DNA from: Laetmonice hystrix
Taxonomy: Eukaryota
Direction: 5' to 3'
Assembly: GCA_965235115.1 (NCBI GenBank)
Contig: OZ249436.1
Location: 9,860,001-9,920,000, forward strand
Length of the DNA stretch: 60,000 nucleotides
Position 1 is the first letter of the stretch. Each line of letters opens with the position of its first letter. Under the pieces are notes generated by a model. It ran no database searches. It worked only from the letters and a program-made list of their open reading frames with translations, and was not told the origin of the DNA. Below, in pieces: positions 11,702 through 25,000 of this stretch. Made by a program: the position numbers and the translations under genes.

Positions 11702-14700
11702 CTAGACACGTTGTGGCGATACCACAATTGATCCCATCCCCGGGGAGTCACGTGATATATGACTTCCTATTCCTGTTCAATAGTAACCATGGCTCAATCT
11801 TTCACCGTTTACGAGTTGGAGGCTTAGGAAAATAATTTTAATATCATTATAATCTCATACGTCATGATCCTGCTTTCATGCAGGCTCAGATCCAGTACCG
11901 CAAGAAAGGAGGGGCACCAAAGGTGCAAGGCGAACATGGGCGCGGGGGGGGGGGGGGACTTGAATTTAGAAAGTCAAAGAACGTTACTTCTGGAGCTAGA
12001 TGTGAAGTTTCTCAAAGTATTTCAGGCGCATGTAGGGGTCCGGGGGTTGGACCCCCTCTCCTGCTCCCCCAGAGCATAGATTCATTTTTCCTTAGATTCA
12101 GCGGGACACCATCGAACGAAGAGGTGCAAAGCATTCTGCCTATTTTAAACTGGTTGAGTGATGAATAGGCCTACACAAAATATAGTGCACTAAATGGGTC
12201 CATAAAAGGCTTCTAATTTAAAAAAAAAAACATTTCGGCGACCACCCTGCTGAAAATCCTAGATACGTGGCTGTATTTAGACCTAGCCTAACAATAATGT
12301 CAATTCTTCAAAAAGAAAGAGTGCAGATACGCCCCTGACATGTCGAAAGGGATCATAGAGATCTACTGCATGGTATATCTACCTATTTTGATATATTAAT
12401 CATTGTGGAAGGATACATTAAAATCGTAATTATATCTAGAGACTCTGATTGCCAAGCAATACAGGTAGGTCCCATTTCCCGAATGGTTTTCTATCATTAC
12501 CTATATTTTTCTCTCATTTAATTATTGTCCCAACAATAGCGTCATTTCCATTCACATGGAAGTTACTAAGTATCCTTTTGACATTATGAAATATTATAGT
12601 CCTGATGGATTATATGGATTATACCCGTTACGGGCATCATGAAAAATATCACAGACTCAAGAACAATAGGTGCGAATGTCATCCACACCAGGCTGTTGGC
12701 TCACGCTGAAACCAAGTGCAGCTGGCCAAAAGTTTGCCGTGTCTCTTGAACTCCACAGCCAACAATCAGTAGTAGCCTAGTGTTTTATTCAGCTCTCCTA
12801 TGTAAGATTTAAAAACAAATGCATTAGACAGTTATATCTACAGTTCAAAGGCACAGCTAATTCAGTTATGTCAGTTCTGAATACACAATCATCCTCCACC
12901 AAACCGACCCTGACTGGGAGGGAGGGGGCGGAGTCACAACCCGCCTGCCGACCCGGCCGCCTGGCCGGCCCTTATCACCAGCGCTTACGTAACCCTCTGC
13001 CGACCCTGGCTCTGGCCTCCCAGCAGGTGATTTGTGTATTCAGAGATGCCACCTGTCAGAGTGTAAAAATATTATAGTGAAGACTATACCCATTAAAACT
13101 TACAATTCTGGCCATATTACCTTTCCAAAACAAGAACTAAACAGTCAGTGGTATACCTGAATCTATACACTTTGTAATTGTTGTATTTGTATATGGCTAT
13201 CTTAAACAGGTTTAAGGTAGAGCCTGTCAACGTCAGATTACATTATTTCATCATAAATAAAAAAGATATTGGTAAATTTATGAAAAGAAATATGCAAAGT
13301 GACCAATCGTCAATAGCAGCACATATCTAGTGACCAAATACACGATTCCTATATGACTAAAGCAGTTTTAGAAAAAAATGTCAAAAGTGACAAACTTCAA
13401 AGTCACGTGGTTTGGCGAAAATAGGTCAAATCGCTAATCCTTGGAATCGTATTGTGAACCTTTCGTTAGAGAGTGTTTTTGCCGAATATTGTCGAATTTT
13501 ACCAAAAAATAGAGAAGGAGAAGCAATTTAACCGATTTGTGACCAATGACCCAGTTCACCCTAAGGTCAAAGGTCAAAGGTCAAATCAAGACTCAAATTA
13601 AGGCAGCACCTTTGGCCGATTATGAGGGCATGACAGGTTTTTAAAAAAAATTCCCAATATGAGCTTAAAAATGGCTTCAATTTTCATAATACGTTTGACG
13701 TCATCACGTCATGACGTGACGTTACATGACGTCAGGATTCGATGCCTGACCATACTTTGTCATTGTCAAGATGTGTGCCAAATTTCATTTTGATATTTTG
13801 AAAATTGACTGAGATAGACATACAAGTTTACTACTACTACTACTACAACTACGACGCCAAAAACTAGACACGTTGTGGCGATACCACAATTGATCCCATC
13901 CCCGGGGAGTCACGTGATATATGACTTCCTATTCCTGTTCAATAGTAACCATGGCTCAATCTTTCACCGTTTACGAGTTGGAGGCTTAAGAAAATAATGT
14001 TAACATCATTATAATCTCATACGTCATGATCCTGCTTTCATGCAGGCTCAGATCCAGTACCGCAAGAAAGGAGGGGCACCAAAGGTGCAAGGCGAACATG
14101 GGCGCGGGGGGGACTTGAATATAGAAAGTCAAAGAACGTTACTTCTGGAGCTAGATGTGAAGTTTCTCAAAGTATTTCAGGCGCATGTAGGGGTCCGGGG
14201 GTTGGACCCCCTCTCCTGCTCCCCCAGAGCATAGATTCATTTTTCCTTAGATTCAGCGGGACACCATCGAACGAACAGGTGCAAAGCCTTCTGCCTATTT
14301 TAAACTGGTTGAGTGATGAATAGGCCTACACAAAATATGGTGCACTAAATGGGTCCATAAAAGGCTTCTAATTTAAAAAAAAAACATTTCGGCGACCACC
14401 CTGCTGAAAATCCTAGATACGTGGCTGTATTTAGACCTAGCCTAACAATAATGTCAATTCTTCAAAAAGAAAGAGTGCAGATACGCCCCTGACATGTCGA
14501 AAGGGATCATAGAGATCTACTGCATGGTATATCTACCTATTTTGATATTTTAATCATTGTGGAAGGATACATTAAAATCGTAATTATATCTAGAGACTCT
14601 GATTGCCAAGCAATACAGGTAGGTCCCATTTCCCGAATGGTTTTCTATCATTACCTATATTTTTCTCTCATTTAATTATTGTCCCAACAATAGCGTCATT

Positions 14701-16149
14701 TCCATTCACATGGAAGTTACTAAGTATCCTTTTGACATTATGAAATATTATAGTCCTTATGGATTATATGGATTATACCCGTTACGGGCATCATGAAAAA
14801 TCTCACAGACTCAAGAACAATAGGTGCGAATGTCATCCACACCAGGCTGTTGGCTCACGCTGAAACCAAGTGCAGCTGGCCAAAAGTTTGCCGTGTCTCT
14901 TGAACTCCACAGCCAACAATCAGTAGTAGCCTAGTGTTTTATTCAGCTCTCCTATGTAAGATTTAAAAACAAATGCATTAGACAGTTATATCTACAGTTC
15001 AAAGGCACAGCTAATTCAGTTATGTCAGTTCTGAATACACAATCATCCTCCACCAAACCGACCCTGACTGGGAGGGAGGGGGCGGAGTCACAACCCGCCT
15101 GCCGACCCGGCCGCCTGGCCGGCCCTTATCACCAGCGCTTACGTAACCCTCTGCCGACCCTGGCTCTGGCCTCCCAGCAGGTGATTTGTGTATTCAGAGA
15201 TGCCACCTGTCAGAGTGTAAAAATATTATAGTGAAGACTATACCCATTAAAACTTACAATTCTGGCCATATTACCTTTCCAAAACAAGAACTAAACAGTC
15301 AGTGGTATACCTGAATCTATACACTTTGTAATTGTTGTATTTGTATATGGCTATCTTAAACAGGTTTAAGGTAGAGCCTGTCAACGTCAGATTACATTAT
15401 TTCATCATAAATAAAAAAATATTGGTAAATTTATGAAAAGAAATATGCAAAGTGACCAATCGTGAATAGCAGCACATATCTAGTGACCAAATACACGATT
15501 CCTATATGACTAAAGCAGTTTTAGAAAAAAATGTCAAAAGTGACAAACTTCAAAGTCACGTGGTTCGGCGAAAATAGGTCAAATCGCTAATCCTTGGAAT
15601 CGTATTGTGAACCTTTCGTTAGAGAGTGTTTTTGCCGAATATTGTCGAATTTTACCAAAAAATAGAGAAGGAGAAGCAATTTAACCGATTTGTGACCAAT
15701 GACCCAGTTCACCCTAAGGTCAAAGGTCAAAGGTCAAATCAAGACTCAAATTGAGGCAGCACCTTTGGCCCATTATGAGGGCATGACGGGTTTTTAAAAA
15801 AAATTCCCAATATGAGCTTAAAAATGGCTTCAATTTTCATAAGACGTTTGACGTCATCACGTCATGACGTGACGTCACATGACGTCAGGATTCGATGCCT
15901 GACCATACTTTGTCATTGTCAAGATGTGTGCCAAATTTCATTTTGATATTTTGAAAATTGACTGAGATAGACATACAAGTTTACTACTACTACTACTACT
16001 ACTACTACAACTACGACGCCAAAAATAATACAGAAGACGAAACCACACAATTTCTAAATCCCATCCCCTCCGTAGGGGATGGGATAATAATACAGAAGAC
16101 GAAACCACACAATTTCTAAATCCCATCCCCTCCGTAGGGGATGGGATAA
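11702..16149 (-). mobile_element. Non-autonomous Helentron family B, outer copy (11702-13863 plus 16088-16149)
   Basis: CTAG end, hairpin TTGTGG-N5-CCACAA (11711-11727), subTIR ATCCCATCCCC (11731-11741), terminal hairpin ATCCCATCCCCT-ccgt-AGGGGATGGGAT, (TAC)n microsatellite. Confidence 0.85.
13864..16087 (-). mobile_element. Non-autonomous Helentron family B, inner intact copy (2224 bp)
   Basis: Near-identical to the outer copy; removing it restores the outer junction GCCAAAAA|TAATACAGAAG exactly, with no TSD. Confidence 0.85.
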
Positions 16150-17634
16150 TAATAATAGTGTACACCCAAACCGTACAATTTCAGGATCCCGTTCCTCAGT
16201 CAGAGGAACGGGATAATAATATGTGTAAGATTTAAATATAAAACGACCCCCCCCCTGATTAATGTGAGGTAAAATCTGAGAGGGGTTGTTTCTGGAAAAT
16301 AATGGGGCCAAAGCTTGTACTAAGGTACCCTGTTCACACTGATAATCATAACACATCAACCCGACGTCGCCTTAGACCGTCCCCGTTAATGTACTGCTAA
16401 TGATCCAGTGTGTGGGTAGATTAACCGCTCACTACTCAAACCCCAATACACTACCCCTACTAGTGTGATTGTGTACAATGTACAGAGCTGTAAATACATT
16501 GGTATTAACATGGTTCAGTTTAGATGACCGTGTTAGGTGTTCGTCCACATTTGGTTGGATATTATAACATATCTTATTTCTAGGTCCTCTGAGGTAGGTT
16601 GTAACAAAGGTTGACTGTCAAGAAATCCGGAATTCAGAAAATCGTGTGAATTAATACATGTACATAAACTTGAATAGCATTGATAGCATTTGCTAGAGAT
16701 AAAGACACATTTATAATTCTTTCCCCAAACAATCTTTATTGTTCAGTAGTGCCCTTTGTTGACCTATAAACTTATGATGTGCATACAACTCCCATGTATT
16801 CCTGTACCCTTCGAAATGATACATTATAAATGCATTAGTTGACAGGATGCCGCCAGGCAAAGTATACCGGTACATGTTCTGTATTAGAGCTAGAGAATAT
16901 ATTGATCAGCCATTCGTGTATTTTTTATGGCCCGTAGCACAAAGCCACTGCCACTAGATATGATACATGTCCACTTTGAATATAAAACCAAGCATGTTTT
17001 GACCATTCATGCTTGTACTCAATCGGTTCCATGTGTGCAGTTTGCTGTCCAGTTGCTCCTTTACAAAATAATAAGCATAGCGGAAATGTGCTAGTCATAG
17101 AAACTAAGAAAGGGCCCTTTAGTCCTCGTTGTTTTCTGAATATATAAGATATTCTGGCATGGAACATTACACAATTGCAACGTGAGATTTATTATAAGGT
17201 ATGTTCGGTACACGATAGTGTTATATTAGAATTTACCTCCTTTCTGTTCTGTTTCTTCATAACGCCAACCTCAGTCATTATATAACCCCCGGTTAACCTT
17301 TCCCTTCATAGTTATTCTGCACCCAGTTTTAAAAACGAACGTGTATTCCATATCGCAATGATTGCTTTGAGACTCCTGTACAATCGGACAAGTTCAAACG
17401 GTTTGCATCATGTGATGCCAAAAACAGTCGCTATAATAACGAGTTGATTCTGGGAGAACTTAGCAAATATATACACATACACCCTTATTTACGTTTATCA
17501 CAGAATCTTACTTATTAATTAACAAGGCTTCATCTATAACAGAATAACCCTTAACAACACAGAGCATATCGTAACAACTTTGTACATACCTCACCACGCC
17601 TATTATCATGTAGCACAAGGTAAATCGATTGCTT

Positions 17635-17923
17635 CCTCATCACCGTCACCTCAAACCATCCTTTGTTTCTCAATGACCTCATCACCGTCACCTCAAACCA
17701 TCCTTTGTTTCTCAATGTCCTCATCACTGTCACCTCAAACCATCCTTTGTTTCTCAATGTCCTCATCACCGTCGCCTCAAACCATCCTTTGTTTCTCAAT
17801 GTCCTCATCACCGTCACCTCAAACCATCCTTTGTTTCTCAATGTCCTCATCACTGTCACCTCAAACCATCCTTTGTTTCTCAATGTCCTCATCACCGTCG
17901 CCTCAAACCATCCTTTGTTTCTC
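17635..17923. repeat. 42-bp minisatellite, ~7 copies
   Basis: Unit CCTCATCACCGTCACCTCAAACCATCCTTTGTTTCTCAATGT. Confidence 0.95.
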
Positions 17924-19015
17924 ACTGTATTTTACCACATATTCAATTAATTTCCCACTGATCTACTGATCAGTCATAAGTATCATAGAACATCTTTAAA
18001 AGAAGATTCACCCTTCATGTACAGCGGTTGAAATAACAATTTCTGCTAGCGGCACGTAAGAAGGGAAAGTCCCCTATAGGATGCACAATTATATATTACC
18101 TTTCAATATTTTAAATAGTTCAGTATTTATCATACTTATCAGTTCTATGCTTTCTGGCCTGACCACTTCCCGCTATGGGCAGTTTGTGTAACCAAACTTG
18201 TAATGACTCAATGGTTGGTCATACGTCACAGTGTTATCACACTTTATTAACGGGTACCTACAAGGGATAGCCTAAAGTTATAAATTATAGCTTTCGGCTC
18301 AAACCTTGAGCTTTTATTTATCACATCCCACAGCAGTATAGAGTATACATGCTGGTACATAATGCAAACCCAACATTCGCCATTATTTAGCAGTAAAATC
18401 CCCATATATACAAGGAACATTTATGTGACCACATAAAATGTTCTAACCCCCAGTTTTTTCTAAATAGGAATCCCATGCCTTGACAAAAGAGTTGGGAGGG
18501 CTATACACCTCTGCATTAGGGTAAAGTTATATGATCATACTTCATACCTTACATTTTCCCACTGAAACTGGCTCCCACATTGAAAAGACAACACAAGATA
18601 TTTTGTCAATTAAATTACAAGTCTCTAACCTGTAATAGAAGGTACAGGATAATACAGAATCCCTTAAACCATAAAACGTGACCTCCCCTTTCATTCTTAC
18701 TGAGCAGATACCCTGATCTCTCTCACTAAACACAGGTGTTCCTAAATGGAAATTTGACCTTTAAATATATACTGAGTGCACCAATATCTGGACATTAAAC
18801 AAACCTTTGTATTCTGTATGAAAATTTTTGTAATAACTTACCAACACTGACATATTTTTCTGTGGAATGTTCCTTGGGAACAAAATACAGATTGCAGATT
18901 CTAATTTGTGTTTTGTCAGTTAGTTGGGTGGCGTACCAGTCAGTGTAATGACATCTGGGCCTGCACTCTGCAATGGTTTTCGTGAATACATGATCGCTCC
19001 TTGAGGCAGGGCGGC

Positions 19016-22000
19016 TCATCTACGTTTTAGCAGCTCTTCAATCTGGAAAACAACAATCACAAACATACCGTAGCATTATTACATCTTTCTCCTATTTAGA
19101 AAGTTCATTCGTTATCTGAGAGATCAAAGGTTGTAAATCTGGTATGTATTATTTGACTCCTGGCACCAGCACAGTGTTTTCAAGGATGGTGATGGGAGGA
19201 AGTATAGATTACACACGTACCTGTGCTTTGTACATGTCTTTGACATCCTGGAGGTCCATGTTGAGCTCATCTGCTTCTTCTACTTTCTCCCCATACATCT
19301 GTAAGAGTGCTTGGTATCGACTGTCGAGGTCCTGCAATCAAACCGTCATTTAGGGTGAACCTCATAAAAATAAATATATTACAGTACTGTAATTACTGTA
19401 TATTGTATAGCTATGGTAAATTTGATACTATGCTGGAAGAAGATACATGTAATAGGAAAAACTGAAAAAAACTTTTTTGGCGATGAAAACAAATCACTTG
19501 TTTTGCCAAGTACACATGTACCGTTCTAAATAATGATCCCATGACACTGGATTTTGATAAAACTCTTAGAAATGCAGGCATATTAACCTTGTGAGCCAAC
19601 TTAATTTCTGGGTATTCTGTCAGCTGCTCAAGAAGGTCTTCATTTTTCGTTGACAGGTTGACAAGTTCGCGAGCCATTGACTCTCGTGTATGCTCCAACT
19701 CAGCAATTTCTGCCTGTATTTTTATAACAAAGATCATTTATAACGTAAAGGTAAAGTTTAGATAGAAAAACTGGATTTACTGCTTAATCAATGATATCAC
19801 AGGAAGAAAAAAAGACATAACGGTAAGAACAATGTCTGTCACTTAAAATATCACCAAAATTGATTGTTGCAACAATAATTACAAGGTTTACTTCGAACAC
19901 CAATAACCTATTACAAAGCTTTCTCGTCATTTATTAGCATTGTATTAAAAGATTTCGGACGTGTTTTATCTTTACCTGAAGTTGTGCAATTTCACCCTCC
20001 TTCATCTTCAACTGTGCTTGTAAACTTTCAATCAACGTCGCAGCACCTGACTGTCGCAGACTTTCATAAAGATTAGCTTTACTACCATTGGCTGAGGTCA
20101 ACATCAGCGTTTTCTCGAATACATCTTCCTAGAGGAACAAAAATGGCATGTGGTTCAGAGCACCTGTACAGAGCGTGTACATACATTAACTCGTCAGACT
20201 TTGTTTTCCTGGCTAAATCATACACTGTTAGTATCCATAATATCATGACAAGAATCTTTAGCCAAATATTAAAAACCTTACAAAACACTCGGTTTCTTTG
20301 AAAAATCAGTAACTGTCTCAGAGCATAAAACTGGTAATTAGAAATGATCAGAGTAGCAAGAAGATATGTAAGAAAGCAAAATTTAAATGAACTTTTAATG
20401 GCGAGTTTTTTTTTTACAAGATTTAAGGACACCATGCAATACTTTTCTTTTATCTTTTAGTCACTTTTTCAAAAGTTTTCACGAGTTTTCCAAACAGGCA
20501 ACGATACAGTACTTTATGTGTCCTCTAAGTGCTGGAATCTCTCATAGAAAAATCAACTTTTAAATACTTGAAAAAGTTGCACTGGGATCTTTTTGGCATA
20601 TTGATCTTCCTTCGACTAGGCAAATACCGGGCTCTCTTTACAAAATATATTGCCGATTACTTTTCTTCTTAATGATAAAACTAAGTGAATCAGCCAAGCA
20701 TGAACAGGCAGGTGCAGGAATTTCATTGGAATCATGAACCCAAGCAGTGAAACACTCCAACATCAACCTTACTGTCATAATTCTGTGACTTACAGGTAAT
20801 TACCCTAGGTATTAACAACTTGCCTGTCTCCTGTATTTGCCAAACTTCATGAGGGATAACAGTAAAAATCGAGACTTAAAATTCTTATCAGTTAGAAGGC
20901 AGAATAGTGCACAGATATGAAGTTAGTTACAGAAATTTAAATACCAAGATGTATTCAAATGTTATGGCTCCATCATGATATAACTGGCAAGATTAGTAGG
21001 TACCCCGGTAAGCAGCATGGGAAGAAACTGCCTCTTTAACACCATTGGTTCTCTACAATTACATGTTTCTCCACATTAAACTGATGATATAACCTTACCT
21101 TCACTCGAGCCACGTCCATCTCTCTCCCACCCCAACCTCCTGCCCATTACCTATACACTTTGATATCAGACAGCTGGTAGGCAATAATACCGGCCTTATC
21201 AATGGTAAACACTACTCTCATCAGTCCCAACTGATTTCCACATAATAACATTACCGAACTGATTTTTTTTATCACTTTTAAATGTTTTGTGCTTCATTTG
21301 TGTGTAAAAAGGTGTGTAAACGACTCACCTGTGAGATAGAGAGAGGTGTGACGGGGTCTCCGGTAATGCTTCCTTCCCGTGAGAATGAGTGAGGACTTGG
21401 TGTGGTACTGGGTCTCTGAAGCTGTAGCTCCTAAATCACAACCATAATATTGACCACTCTTGATTCAATAAGGCCACATTACTGAGAAAAACTTTTTTTT
21501 TGAGGGGATGTTTTTCAATCTGTAAGTGTCAATCAAGACCCCAGCTGTGCTACTGACATGAATGTTTGCTATAATTTTAAATATGACCAGCAAGTACATG
21601 AAACAGCAACCATGGAATTTGATCTGGGCTTACCTTGTCACGCAGCTGTTCTTGGACAATTACAAGCTTTTTCTTTTCTGCTTCAACTCTCATTTTTTCC
21701 ATCTCCAACTGATTTTCAAGCAAAATCTGCAGATAAATAACAATATATCACATGAACTGTCAGGCCTGATTCAAACAGTAGGAGAAAAGGGGAGGTTAAT
21801 TTGGTTTCAAATAACACCAAAGTTATCTGCTGACACTCACCTTATCTTTTTTGAGCCCAGATATTGCAGTTTCATTGGTGTCCTTTATTGCTTCCAATTT
21901 GGCGGTCTCACTATCATATAAATAAATCCACAAAAGAATTTAAATGACAAAAAGGATAATTTACTCTTATTTCTTCAAATACATGGTAAGATTTATTCTA

Positions 22001-25000
22001 TCCTTTACTGGAAGACCTCAGCTTAGAGTAACTACAAGTTCTCCATGGTAAGGATGAGTCAAAAGGAGTGCTGTTTGGTTGTATTATCTTTTTCAAACTT
22101 CATATATCATCCTTTAAAGTACAGCTAGCCATTGTTAGGTCTACCTGTTTTTGGTGTCCTCCAGTAAAATACACTTTGTTTTTTCTACCTCCAGCTGGGC
22201 CAGCAGCCGGGACTTATCCTGCCTCAAGGCTGACATTTGAGTCTCAAAGCTTGTCAGTCGTATCCGAGCTTCCATCATCTGTTCTCCTGAGGCCCGCTCC
22301 TTCTCTGTGGCTTCTGCCAGCAGTGTCTGGGCTTCAGCTAGTGTAACAGAAATTCATCTAATCACCCTACACCCACAGCTACCAACATTTGGACTTCAGA
22401 ATTCAGAATTTATTCGACAGGGGTTGAGCAATGAGTCATGGTGCGTCATGGTGGTACAAAAACATAGTGAGTTGCCCCAGCTATTATAAACCACGGCCTA
22501 CAAATAAATGTTTTTCAAATTTACTAGGCCAAGGATATTTGTACTGTGGTTCTGCGTCTGCCAGTGGATAAAGGGCCTAATTTTAGTATTGAGGTGGCTT
22601 TACTCTTACAATCATCACTGATATTCATGCATGAATTGGGAGAAAAAAAAACAATGGATTTGTGGAAACATATGAGGGTAGGGCAGAAAAGCCTAAAAGA
22701 GCAAAAATCAGAAAATTTTCGCCCAATTCGGAAGGGTTTGGAGGTTTGTCCTACACCAGAACTGTCAAACACTTTTATTCACGTGAGCACTGTACAACAT
22801 TTCAGGTGACAAAAAGTGTTGACCTACCAAGTCTTTCCGTAAGGTTGTGTTCCACTTTTTCATATGATGATGCCTGTGCGGCATACGTTGTCTGAAGGTT
22901 CTCTATCTGCCGTAGTAGGGGACGTGTTGCCACAGAAACACTCTCAGTCAAATCCTGATTCCGTTCTTCTGCTTCTTGCAACCGCTGAAGGCAAAGACAT
23001 TTTAATTCAAGTAATTTGTTATTCATCATCAACAAATGCAGCAGTCATTTCTTTCTAGACAGAAATTCATATACCCCCGGTACATGTATTACCTCGAGAA
23101 ATGTTTATGAAATGGTCTCTGATTACTCACTTTTCCTATTACCCTGCAGGTTATTTTGTATGCAGCAGTTTCAATGTTTAAAAAAAAAGATAATAGAACA
23201 ATAGATCAAAAACCTGTTTCCACAGCTAGCTCCAGCCCTCATGCCTCACCTGTTGGAGGTCTGAGATTTCCTGCCGTAAGACATCTTCTCGGCGCCCATG
23301 TTCTCTCTCAAGTCGCGTCAAGCTCATCTGCAGGTCTTCAATCTTCAACATAAAATCACATGCTCCCTTTATCTCAACTCTGTGTCTTTTGAAGCATTTG
23401 ACAATATTTAGGACCGCAAGTCAGAGCTCATATCTTGCAAGATTTAATTGCTGGTATGTACTGGTACAAAGAAGGCATGAACATATCTTTGGACCGAAAC
23501 GTATCTGTCCCAATGTGGTTAATCAAATCAACACACCTGTGTAATGAGAGCCTCTGTCTCCTGTTTGTGCACCAACAGCTGGCGATCCATGGCCATCTGT
23601 AGCTCCTGCTTCGCCTGCATCTCTACACTCAACCTGGCCACCTGTGTTTCACTTGCAGCTGCAGCATTTGCTTTGTGCAATTCAGCCATCTCCCTAATGG
23701 ACACAAAGACTAAATTACAATATCTCAGGCTCCTTAAACAAAAACCCATTGATAGATCTTTTAAAAAAAGGCTATGCATACCTTCCTTTTTTACTCAGAT
23801 GAATTTGATTACCTGATGTATAGTTTTACTTAAATGTGTAGAGAGTGATAATAATTACATGACAAGCATTCCTAAAGCATTAATAACTTCTGAACAACAC
23901 CTACTTGTAAGAGTTGTCAAGAGCAGCCTGGAGCCCCCTGGCCTTTTCTTGGACATCTTCAAGCTCACTCTGGTAAGCAGAGCAGATAAATTTATGTCAT
24001 GTCTGACTACAAAAGCAACAAATTACCGCCAACAGGTTAATTCTGAAACATCACTGACTGAAGCTGGTGTAATTTACATTCCTGGTTTATTTTAGATGAA
24101 ACTTTTTAACAGCAAAATCAGAAATATGGTAACAATACCAAGATGAGAAGTTACCTTTAGTTTATTCATCTCAATTTCTTGCTTCTTAATGCAAATGTTT
24201 TGTTGGTTGATGGCCTCTGAAACCAAATAATAAATACGGTAAACTTCATACACCTGCAAAATTACCTCAAATTGATCTCGTGGTTAAAACTAAGAAATCA
24301 GCAACCAGGATGACTTACCTATTTGTTTCTTTTCAACTTCCTCCTTGGCATCAAAAACCTTGTGTAAGTGGTCAAGCTCCTCCTTTTGTTGCTCCAGCTT
24401 TTGTCTGTAATAAATATTGTAGAATTCAGACATATCACAAACCCTCCCAATACCGGTAATTAGCACTCAAAACATTTTTTAGTTCAGTTCACTTAAATGA
24501 GAAAAGATATCCAACTCACTTCTGTGACTTGACAAGAGCATCATTGTCTTTTTCCTTTGCTCGTAGTTTCTTTATTATATTGTTGCTCTGCAGCTGCTGT
24601 TTGGAGAGTTTTTCTCCTTCATCAAGGAGCTCCGAGATTTGCTGGTCCTTCTCCTTCAACATCCTCTCAAGACCTGAACTGTTACTTGACCTATTGTAGA
24701 TAACACCTGGTTTAATTTTCGATCAAAAACAGGAATCCTATCTTGGCAGTCTCAGAGAAATCATCACATCAAAGACATCTAGGACTTATTTACTCACTTC
24801 TTTACCAATTCTGACTGTGCATCTTGTAGCTGCCTCCTCAAAGTATCTCTTTCCTAATGGAAAGAATGGGTGAAAACAAATCAAAATATAAGAAAACAAT
24901 AATTTTTAGGATTTTTGAACACTTTTAAAAAGGGAAGCCACCATTTGTTAGGGTTATCTAAATTTCCCTTTCTCCAATCAAATATCAGGATTATGCTTAG

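Larger units (their letters stand above)
10304..16216 (-). mobile_element. Non-autonomous Helentron (DINE-1/HINE-like) family A, copy 1, split by nested insertions (A parts 10304-11701 and 16150-16216)
   Basis: Colinear with uninterrupted copy 38518-39996. Minus-strand architecture: 5' hairpin ATCCCGTTCCTC-N5-GAGGAACGGGAT (16186-16214), microsatellite, 3' subTIR (10333-10344), small hairpin, CTAG end, TT flanks. Confidence 0.85.

Noticed and set aside
11702..16020. Simple 2.2-kb tandem duplication or assembly error
   Set aside because: Copies differ by substitutions and indels, and the separately duplicated 62-bp termini fit nested insertion with exact junctions.
21099..21150. Possible extra TMF1 exon with strong GTAAGG donor
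   Set aside because: 52 nt, frameshifting, weak acceptor; the gene model is complete without it.
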